Below, piece after piece: positions 13,561 to 23,347 of a DNA stretch of 64,000 nt. How positions within the stretch are numbered: position 1 is the stretch's first letter; the number at the start of each line of letters is the position of its first letter. The position numbers and the translations under genes are program-made. The notes under the pieces were generated by a model that was not told the origin of the DNA, made no database searches, and worked only from the letters and a program-made list of their open reading frames with translations. Origin of the DNA: Anthoceros angustus (Eukaryota > Plantae > Anthocerotophyta); the NCBI GenBank assembly GCA_010909165.1, contig VJWM01000007.1, positions 620,001 to 684,000 of the forward strand. Direction: 5' to 3'.

Positions 13561-13953
13561 AGTCCATTGTGCATAGCAAACGAATGCTCCGTTGGAAGAT
13601 GAATGGTCGTAGCTGTTATAAAGTCCATGCAAACCGGAAAAATTCGGATCTTGTGGCGTTATCGTAATAGGCAGGTATAACGAGTCAGAAGGAGATGGAA
13701 GATGAAAATATGGGAATTTGGCAATGGATGTTATCCTAAAATAACAGGGACGGGCAAAAAAGGTTAAAAACTGGTGGAGAAAGAGGAGCGGGCTACCAGA
13801 TGACCAGGAGCCACACAAAGCGCCCCTCCGTCCGCCTCTGGCCAGGGTCGCTGAATCGCCCCTCCTCATTCTCTCTCCCGTCCACTCACATCATCCGCAG
13901 GCTCCCTTGGCGAGCTAACCCTCAGGCTGCCTTCTGTGCCGAGCATCTGGAGC

Positions 13954-14829
13954 ATGGCGATGGCTGCGGTGGCGCTGGAAGCCACGCCGCTAGTGGCAGC
14001 CCGCTCCTCGGCGCCCTCCGTCTCCTACCCCTCTTCCTGCTCGGGCCACGCCTCTGCGGCGATGCTCAAGTCCACAAGGCACGTCTTCCCCCCCTGCTCC
14101 GGCCTCAGAGTATGTGCAGCTCGTCCTGCCCCCTCGGCTTCCCTCCCCACGCGCCGTGCCTCGTCCCATCGAGGAATTGTTGCAGAGGTGCAGGAGACCG
14201 TGACCGGAGGTATGTCACCATGTGCTATTATGTGCCAGCGGGGGAAGCCACTGCTGCTGCATGTCCCGCGAGACACTCGGCAAAGCTTGCCAGTGGATCG
14301 CCAGCGGCTCTGGTTGCATCACTGTGCACGCTTACCTTGTTTTTCCTTTAGCTTTGTTCGCTCTTCATTCACTGCGGCTTTGCTTGACCCGTTGTTTGTC
14401 TGCCTTGGTTTCCTTCTGTGACTTCAGCTCTTGTTTCTCTTCCGACTCTGTTGCCTGCTCCTCCCTCTTGTTGAAGGCTAACGTCCGTTATGCTGGCCGG
14501 ATGCAGCTGGTGTTGTATCGGATAAGACTTTCAAAAAGCTAGTGCTTGAAAGTGACATCCCCGTGCTGGTGGATTTCTGGGCGCCCTGGTGCGGGCCCTG
14601 TCGAATGATAGCTCCGTTGATCGACGAGCTTGCGAGGACGTATGCGGGCAGGTTAAAATGTTTGAAGCTGAACACGGATGAGAGCCCGGGTGTGGCCACG
14701 GAGTATGGCATCCGCAGCATTCCGACTGTGATGATTTTTAAGGATGGGGTGAAGAAGGACACCGTCATTGGAGCTGTACCCAAAACCACCTTGACGGCAA
14801 CAATTGACAAGTACCTCGACTGGAAGTAA
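13954..14829 (+). CDS. TRX-M: Chloroplast thioredoxin m; exons 13954-14209 and 14507-14829
   Basis: Ser/Ala-rich transit peptide; GT-AG intron in compatible phase; [45 protein letters not shown]. Confidence 0.95.
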
Positions 14830-15265
14830 GCGAGGGAAGAGCTTGGCCTTTGTTGTGCTTGAGGCGGGCAAGGGTTAGTGTGTGGGGTCGTTGCCCGATA
14901 ACCGTGCTACCGGCAGCTCCCGCAGATGGCATCAGAAATGTATCATTGTATATCTGTTAGCAAGTTTCTCATTTGCAGGCTCCAATCCGAGGAGGCCAGC
15001 CAGCTACCAGCAAAGTCGATTGTATGCAAAGTATCGTGCAGCTTTCTTAGATTTCGACTGTCAAACCTCTCCATTTGTTTTTATTCAGTGTATGTACATG
15101 GCGCATCTCTTGCTTCATCCCCTCCTTCTGTTCCGGCTTATTGTAATACCTTGCCAGTAAGGTCCGTTGTGTGCCCGCCGGACTCGAAGCGGATGAACTT
15201 GTCAATGAAAATAACGGGCAACGCAGGCCTCGTTGCTACACGCACGTGGCTGTCCTACGACAGAG

Positions 15266-16501
15266 TCAAGATCTCATATTCTTAGCAATTTCACCGAACG
15301 CTTTAGCAAGCTCTCCTAATACATGGACCATAGCAGCTCCTTGCTCCTGCCTGAGGTTTCGGTCCATCAGACTGTTTTCCTTGAGAACATCTGTGAAGGC
15401 CTTGGTACTTTTGTCTAGAACGGAGATGATGAAGTCATCTGGGAACTGAGAGCTTAGCTGCCGCTTCCTGGACTTAAATACTGGCGTTTCTCTAGGAAGT
15501 TCTTCACCGTTTGAACCTAAGGATAGGAGCCATCACACCAAGTAAGCATGGATCGTGACGCGATCAGAAACGACATGGGGACATGCAGGTAGGATAAGGG
15601 CAGGCACTTACAGTCAAGAGTAGCAAAAATTTCATCTCCACTGGTCGGGCTGGAGTCATGGACTGGAGGAGCGGGGACCTCGGCATCACAAAAGTCCAAA
15701 TCATCCAAGTTCGGGGACTGGCTGTAGATGCGGTTTTTATGCTCGGCAGCAACATGCTTGGCTCCCGATTTCCTGCCAAACCAATCCATGCTTCGAAACA
15801 CATCCACGTCGAAGAGCGGGGGCAGCTTCAGCCGCTTCTTACGGTCCGACTTCATGAGCCAGTAGGTCTCGGTGCCACCCTTGAGCTTCTGGTAGTCCTT
15901 GATCTTCTTGTAGTCAGTCACCAGCTGACTCCATCGCTTGCGGCACTGGGCGTCAGATCGGTCACAGCCGTTGGCCTTGCAGTGCTCAGAAATGGCAGCC
16001 CATTTCTCGTCTGCGGACAATCGCAACCTTTCCTGGGAGGGCAGCTTTTTGCCTACGAATTGCCCCAAGGGCGAATGGATTTGGATTTCAGGAAGGGAAG
16101 CCGCGGCCTGGACCCCAGATCCATCACAGGTTTCCAACACAAGGCCACCGCGTGAGATGCCATGGCCTGGTAAGATCACATGAAATCAATCAACGTCACC
16201 GACCTTGGATGAAACCAGAGCATACCACTATGCCACTCAGGGCTTCCTCGTGCTGCCGCTGCCGCTTGTTGGACAAGTCTTCGAGCTCGCGGCGCTTGCC
16301 TAGCTCCTCGCTCTCGCGCTTCTTGGCCAGCACCAACACCTTGGTTTCGTGGATGGACCAGCGTACGCTACGATGCTGCTTCTCTTTCTCCTGCAGCAAC
16401 AACGCCTTGTCTTTTTGCTGCACAAGGCCCCCTTCCTCCTCCCCTTCTTCCTGCTCTTCCTCACCACCTGCAAACTCCGTGTGCGAACTCTCTGGGTCCA
16501 T
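15266..16501 (-). CDS. Trihelix (Myb/SANT-like, Myb_DNA-bind_4) transcription factor, ASR3/GT-like, multi-exon
   Basis: RWSIHETKVLVLAKKRE; KWAAISEHCKANGCDRSDAQCRKRWSQLVTDYKKIKDY...YWLMKSDRKKRLKLP; last exon ends ...MVHVLGELAKAFGEIAKNMRS* at 15266. First intron boundaries not resolved. Confidence 0.85.
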
Positions 16502-17173
16502 TCCCTCTCCCGACCCTACGCTGCTCCGTTCCTTGCCTCCCGCAAGGGTAGGTACGTAGCTGCTGCCTTACCTTCGGGTAAAAGGCCACGGTTGAAAGGC
16601 AAAGCCTAAGTTCATAATAGACGTGTACACTACACACCAGTTCCGAAGTTCCCCTTTCCCTCTCACATTCACGTAGCGTGCCAACTGGTCTAATGAATTT
16701 TTCATTTAACAAACAGAGTTAGGGCTGGTTTCCATGGACAAGTTTTCATCAACTTCAACTTCTCACATGACTATATGTATAATTAGGACAAAAACAAAGC
16801 AAGTTTGGGGGAAGTTTCAACAAACTCCCAGGATGAGCGGAGACGAGCGGGTCCAGCTAGTTGAACCGGGTACGAAAGCCATGGTGTCACGTTGAGGTTT
16901 TCCCCGGTCTCCCAAGCGCGGGCTTGCAACGCGGGCAATTGCAAGGACACGGTGCTGGAAAAGGGTGGGAGGCAAATGTGTAATCGATCAGGAAGGCAGC
17001 CGCTTGGGCAAGAAGGGAAAGCAAGGGTACGAGCTGAAGCAACGGTGATGGCTGAAGGCTTGGGGCAGCCGTCTCAAAGATGCAGCTTGCCATTAAGTGC
17101 GCTGCCTTCGAGTTCTTTGCTCCCCAATTTTCCCATAAGTTATCCATTGCATGGCTTTCATCTCGCCTTTCAG

Positions 17174-18253
17174 TTATCCGGCCAGGCCTGTCACCTCACA
17201 AATTGATGTACCCACAGCAACAGTCATGAGCCAGGGCCTGTCCACACACCAGGGATTTCAGGCACCGAGGAAAGTGCGGACATTGCAGGAGCTTCACATT
17301 TTGCAGGCAGCTTAGTAGATTGATCACGAATCCAGAGTGATGGGAGGCAACAGGGAAAAGAACAAGAAGGGTACTGAACGGTGGGAGGAAGTGGCACGCT
17401 ACTGCTATATGAATGGTGTGGTGTGTACTGCGAGTCAGGCCAGAAGTAAGTGGGACAATCTCGCAAAGGATTGGAAAAAAATCAATGACCATTGCCGGCA
17501 TCCATTAAGTGGACAGGATACGTATTGGCAGATGACTGTAAGAGATATAATGCGCTTGTCGACATCATATACAATCTGAAGGTTTATCTTAGCAATGTTT
17601 GCTCCATTTCTTGCAGCACGCAACCTGCATAATGTCACTGCTAGTTGCCAAGTACCTTGACTTTGGGAGCAATTGGAGTTGTTAAAGAACACTTCAAGCC
17701 GCTGCCCCAGACTTTGCAAACTTGGGTGACATCAACACCATGCCACCAGGTACTACCTTTTGCTTACTCCTCCTAACTACATTGATGAAACTTCAGATGA
17801 AGCTCATGACTTGCTGGCTTCTAATGTGCGCAATTTTTTGCAGACACGCCTAATTCTTGAAGAGAGGCCTCACCTAGTGCTGCCCCTCCAGAACCTAGTG
17901 AGGAGTCTCCATCACCAGCCGAGTCTTTGAACATAGGCATGGAGTCTGAAGATGCAGTTGATGCTTTGAAGGGCAGCCGGAAAAAAAGGAAGGTGCTCAC
18001 TTCTTAACGAGGTGAAGATTTGTTCATAACTATGACTAGCAATTTTGTGGAACAATTAAGAGACACAGAAGCCAACAAAGACAAGCGATACAAAGCTTAC
18101 ATGGATTTCCAAGAGAGAGTGCACCAGGACATTACGACGCACGACCGTGCTCTTGTGCAGACACAGACACAGAACCAGATAAGTGAAGGTTTTGTGCATG
18201 CATTCATAAAGATAGGTGATGCCTTGAACATGATAGGAGATAAAATGTCTTAG
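17174..18253 (+). pseudogene. Harbinger Myb/SANT (trihelix-like) DNA-binding gene, disrupted
   Basis: KVRTLQELHILQAA**IDHESRVMGG (TAG TAG at 17313-17318), ERWEEVARYC...QARSKWDNLAKDWKKINDH...YWQM; coiled-coil end ...FVHAFIKIGDALNMIGDKMS*; true start and exon structure uncertain. Confidence 0.8.
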
Positions 18254-18357
18254 AATCAGCCACTTGTATCTTGCATTTCACGGCTAGACCACAAGAAATT
18301 AGTTATGTTGTTACGAAGTTCGTCATCACCTGCATCTATATTGTAATAAGGGATAGT

Positions 18358-19630
18358 TCATAAGCCAGCATCATGTGTGTGCTGGTCATCATTTTCTATC
18401 ATAGCCATCTCTCCACGGTCAATCAGCACGTTATGTAGGTAGCAGCAGCACATCAAGAGTGCCCACAATGTGTCAATGTTAATCTTCCAAATGGTTCTCC
18501 CTAACATTCTCCATATACCTTTAAACTTACCGAATGCTCGTTCTACCACCATGCGGGTAGAAGAATGCTTAAAATTGAAGTAGTCTTTCTTCACAAAAAT
18601 ATTTCTTCCCGGAAATGGTGTAAGAAGCCACGGCAGTGAGGGATATCCCGTGTCTCCCACAATGTACTCCCTGGCGTTGCCCATCAATGCTCACCATTCA
18701 GGATATCTCCTGCCATAGCTTTTCGACAGAGGCCTGCATTACTGAAAATCCTTGCATCATTTACAGAACCCAGGAACCCAGCAAACACATCTATAAAATG
18801 CATCTTCATGTCAACTACCCCTTGGATGCAGACACTATAATCATGATTACGATCGAAGTAATCAGTTGCCATTTCCCCGGATATGAGCTCCATTTTGACG
18901 TGTGTTACGTCAATTGCGCGACAGCAATTGACTAATCCTTGATGCATTCAAATTCTGCCTTGCAGCTAGCTAGAGCTTCTCCTTGTGGCCAAGCAATGTG
19001 GTGTCTCCCTCTTCTGATCATGGCTCTTATGAATCACCACACAATTTTCGAAGCTGTAGATTCCGCTACACCAAAAAGTTTCGCAATGGACTTGAGAGTA
19101 TCCCCTATGGCAAGTCTTCTAATTGGTAGAGCCACTGGGATGTTAAACAGTAATTGCCTGTTTGGAATCCGTCGTAGAACTAATGGTGTCTTCCTAGTCA
19201 GATCCACAGCCACCAAGCTACACATATACTCAAATGTGGCAGGTGTCATTCTAAAAAACTCTCTAAAACGCTCAGGATCAGTTGTCCATGTTGCTTCCTT
19301 AAAAAAGGACCACCAAGCCAAACTCCTGTCCTTGATATATTGGTCACTAGGAGTACATTGCTTGCGTGAAAGAACTGAAATGTGAGTGGAAGCAAGAAGG
19401 AACATCATAGAAGAAATTGTGGTATGTGCACCTTCCTTAGCATTCAGTTGCCTTGCTTGCCTGCATGAAGGAAACCGTTTAGGTTGACGGTAAAGATAAT
19501 TTATTGCAACAGGCAATGCAATTGCTAAAGCAAGACCTGAACACACAACGAGCTTTTTATTCTTATCATGGCCATACATAGAATCAATGTCCTGAGCGGC
19601 CGCGCACTGAGCTGCATCACGGGCTTCCAT
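18358..19630 (-). pseudogene. PIF/Harbinger DDE transposase (DDE_Tnp_4, HARBI1/ALP1-like), disrupted
   Basis: FREFFRMTPATFEYMCSLV, AIDVTH (D at about 18910), GFLGSVND, IVGDTGYPSLPWLLTPF (D at about 18653), RMVVERAFGKFKGIWR (E at about 18542), CCYLHN; in-frame TGA at 19034 and frameshifts near 18943 and 18685. Confidence 0.93.
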
Positions 19631-21970
19631 CAGCAGGCGCTCAAAGTGAAGAATTAGCTATCGCACTCAAGTGACTTGCATAAAGTGCAAAGCTTGGGAC
19701 GAAAGCCGGACTCCCATGAGCGCTGAGTAGCTGGTCGCTTGCGAGTGATGAGTAGCCGGTGAAGGTCCTTTTTTTACGGAAGGAATGCACATATGGAAGC
19801 CATGGAAAGTGGCAACACCGTTCCGGTCCAATTGCAAGTTGAAAAAGCTGGCGTAAATATCGGCCCTCATGGAAACCAGCCCTTAGAGGGCCTCGTCTTG
19901 CTACATCGCTACATCGTGCTGGCCAACCTCATAGTAGAGGGGTCGCTCTACCCCGTTCCAACCTGTACAATTAGCCTTGAGAGCCTTTTTTTAGAGAAAA
20001 TGAATCGAGATATATTAAAAATAAAAAACCTTAAGGGCTGGGAACCTCAACCTAGAAAGTTTAGCCTAGCAAACACAAGAATGGATGATAAGTGGATCAT
20101 AAGTTCATGAGCAATTTGCTCTTTGAAGTGACATTTTGAGATGGTTTGTGTATGGTAAAGCGATGACATTATGCATATGAGGGTGTCATAGGTCCGACCG
20201 GAAAAATCAAAGAAACATATAACCAAGCACCCGCTCTCACATTCCCCACTATGTCATTGCCATTCCAATAGCAATTGTGGAAGCAACCTAGGTCCGATTA
20301 TGCGGACACACAATTTCAAGTCCATCGAACTATTTCCGGAAATGGTGTAAGAAGCCAGCGATGAGGATATCCGTGTCTCCCACAATGTACTCCCTGGCGT
20401 TGCCCATCAATGCTCACCATTCGTGATATCTCCCGCCATAGCTTTTCGGCGAGGCTGCATTCTGAAAATCCTTGCATCATTTACGAACCGGGAACCCGGC
20501 AAACATCTATAAAATGCATCTTCATGTCAACTACCCTTGGATGCGAACACTATAATCATGATTACGATCGAGTAATCGGGTTGCCATTTCCGGATATGAG
20601 CTCCATTTTGGCGTGTGTTACGTCAATTGCGACGAATTGACTAATCCTTGATGCATTCAAATTACGCCTTGCGACTAGCTAGAGCTTCTCCTTGTGGCCA
20701 AGCAATGTGGTGTCTCCCTCTTCGATCATGGCTCTTATGAATCACCACACAATTTTGAATGTAGATTCCGCTACACCAAAAGTTTCGCAATGGACTTGAG
20801 AGTATCCCCTATGGCAAGTCTTCTAATTGGTAGAGCCTTGGATGTTAAACAGATTACTTTGGAATCCGTCTAGAACTAATGGTGTCTTCCTAGTCGGATC
20901 CACCACCAAGCTACACATATACTCAAATGTGGCGGTGTCATTCTAAAACTCTCTAAAACGCTCAGATCGCTTGTCCATGTTGCTTCCTTAAAAGGACCAC
21001 CAAGCCAAACTCCCGTCCTTGATATATTGGTCACTAGGAGTACATTGCTTGCGTGAAAGAACTGAAATGTGAGTGGAAGCAAGAAGGAACATCATAGAAG
21101 AAATTGTGGTATGTGCACCTTCCTTAGCATTCGCTTGCCTTGCTTGCATGAAGGAAACCGTTTAGGTTGACGGTAAAGATAATTTATTACAGCAGTAATG
21201 CAATTGCTAAAGCAAGACCGAACACACGAGCTTTTATTCTTATCATGGCCATACATAGAATCAATGTCTGAGCACGAGGCATCACGGGCTTCCATCGTGA
21301 CGCTCAAAGTGAAGAATTAGCTATCGCACTCAAGTGACTTGCATAAAGTGCAAAGCTTGGGACGGCCGGACTCCATAGGAGTAGCTGGTCTTGCAGTGAT
21401 GAGTAGCCAGTGAAGGTCCTTTTTGGAAGGAATGCACATATGGAAGCCATGGAAAGTGGCAACACCGTTCGGTCCAATTGCAAGTTGAAAAAGCTGGCGT
21501 AAATATCGGCCCTCATGGAAACCAGCCCTTAGAGGGCCTCGTCTTGCTACATCGCTACATCGTGCTGGCCAACCTCATAGTAGAGGGTCGCTCTGCGTTC
21601 CAACCTTGAGAGCCTTTTTAGAAAATGAATCGAGATATATTAAAAATAAAAAACCTTAAGGGCTGGGAACCTCAACCTAGAAAGTTTAGCCTAGCAAACA
21701 CAAGAATGGATGATAAGTGGATCATAAGTTCATGAGCAATTTGCTCTTTGAAGTCGGCATTTTTGAGATGGTTTGTGTATGGTAAAGGCAGTCAGACATT
21801 ATGCATATGAGGGTGTCATAGGTCCGACCGGAAAAATCAAAGAAACATATAACCAAGCACCCGCTCTCACATTCCCCACTATGCCGCTGCCATTCCAATA
21901 GCAATTGTGGAAGCAACCTAGGTCCGATTGCGGCAGACACACAATTTCAAGTCCATCTGAACTATTTCCG
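18606..21970. repeat. Tandem duplication of about 1.7 kb covering most of the transposase, the right TIR and flanking DNA
   Basis: About 20334-21966 repeats about 18606-20333 with many 1-4-nt deletions; second right TIR plus TTA at 21514-21531. Confidence 0.92.
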
Positions 21971-22339
21971 TGGAAAAATAGCCTAAGACATCCCAGTCAT
22001 ACTTTGGTTAAGGAACTCCAAGAGTTTCAGAAGAGGGAGTAGAGGCTCATAATGTTCATCCAATGGAAGGTCAAATCTCATAACAATGGAAGAGACAAAG
22101 TGAGTCAAAGCGTCCGTATGAACGTTCTTTCACCAATCCAACTTCAGGATATCACAATAGAGCATAAGATAATCACGAAAGATAAGGCGTTAAGCAATCA
22201 CAAGTGGAACGATCCAAGATAAAGATGAAAGCTTCTTGGCCAATAGACCAGTGAGGCGAGAACCCAACAAGTACAGATAGGGGCATTGTATGCAATTTTT
22301 GCATGAAACTAATTCATACTAATGTGGCCTTTTGTGGGC

Positions 22340-22370
22340 AATTCTGCGTTCTGTATTAGAACGCAGAATT
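22340..22370. repeat. Perfect 13-bp inverted repeat with a 5-nt loop
   Basis: AATTCTGCGTTCT-GTATT-AGAACGCAGAATT. Confidence 0.95.
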
Positions 22371-22382
22371 CTTCTATCTAGC

Positions 22383-22456
22383 AAGATGGGGTGGTGAAAC
22401 GGGGAGCCATCTGACTATCATAGATTAGATGGTTCCTTATTTTGCCGCCCCATCTT
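22383..22456 (+). other. 74-nt fold-back: 32-position stem with 24 Watson-Crick pairs, 7 G-U pairs and 1 mismatch
   Basis: Manual pairing of 22383-22414 with 22425-22456. Confidence 0.8.
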
Positions 22457-23347
22457 CTACTTTACGAATCTCTTCCTAAGCCTACAATTCAATGTCTTAG
22501 AGCCATCAATCCTGGCAAAATGAAAACTTGATGGATACCTTAACGTGCCCCACCTTGTGGAATTGATAAGGCTTTGTGGAGTTTGTTCTTTTTGTTTGCT
22601 CAGTTGCAGTTGGGACTAGGGCAGACTAACCTAGTCGCATTTATGACAGTGCGCCAACTACATTCACACATAATGATGCAGTGAGGTAGTAACACGAAAT
22701 GGCAAGAGCCATTTTGCAATGTCAAGCAAACCATAATTCCCACTAGCGGACCAGAAACGTTAGGACACGATGCAAGTACAAATGGTAAACCGTCCAATAA
22801 ACCCCACCGTCCAATAAACCCCACTCTGTCATTCCTTCCACAGGGAAAGAAGTGAAAGTCCAGTAGCCTTAATAAAAGCTTAATGAGGAGAGTTTAGCCT
22901 TCGTGAGGAGATCTCAACACCCAAACAAGCACGATTCCCATGGCAAGAGACATGAACGTGACCGGGGGAACGTACACTAACATTCCAACAAAAAGAATTT
23001 TGATTCGACCACGAAAAATGAATTTTAATTCGATCAGGAAACACGAAAGTTAACACGGAAAGTTGGTTTTGAGCCCATACACGAACGTTCCAGGGTTAAG
23101 GCAGAATTTTAAACCGATTTCACATGTTCAGTTTTGACTTGTTTTCATCTGTCATTCGTCAAATATGTAGTCATTCATCAAATATTTTTTGAATTAGATT
23201 TTAAATCAGTATGATATCTTGTGAATTTAGATAGGCTGCAGGCACAACTGTTGTGTCGTATTTTACAAGAGGGGCTCTACAATAGGCATCCAAAAACGGC
23301 GGCTTTCCAACGCTCCAGTGGAGCAAGAATGTCAAAAGTCTAGGAGT

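Larger units (their letters stand above)
16722..19882. mobile_element. Complete-length PIF/Harbinger DNA transposon (3161 bp), coding-defective
   Basis: Perfect 15-bp TIRs GGGCTGGTTTCCATG (16722-16736) and CATGGAAACCAGCCC (19868-19882); TTA on both flanks (16719-16721, 19883-19885); two convergent genes, a Myb/trihelix-like gene and a DDE transposase. Confidence 0.95.

Noticed and set aside
17313-19036. In-frame stops in the Harbinger genes as RNA-editing or readthrough sites
   Set aside because: U-to-C editing is organellar, and the accompanying frameshifts indicate ordinary decay.
20100-22330. Possible gag remnant with a zinc-knuckle-like CNFCMKLIH near 22287
   Set aside because: Too degenerate and knuckle spacing is imperfect; left unannotated.
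22430-22456. Resemblance of the hairpin 3' arm to miR482/2118
   Set aside because: The spacing does not fit the CCnAnnCCnCCCAU pattern that targets the NBS P-loop.
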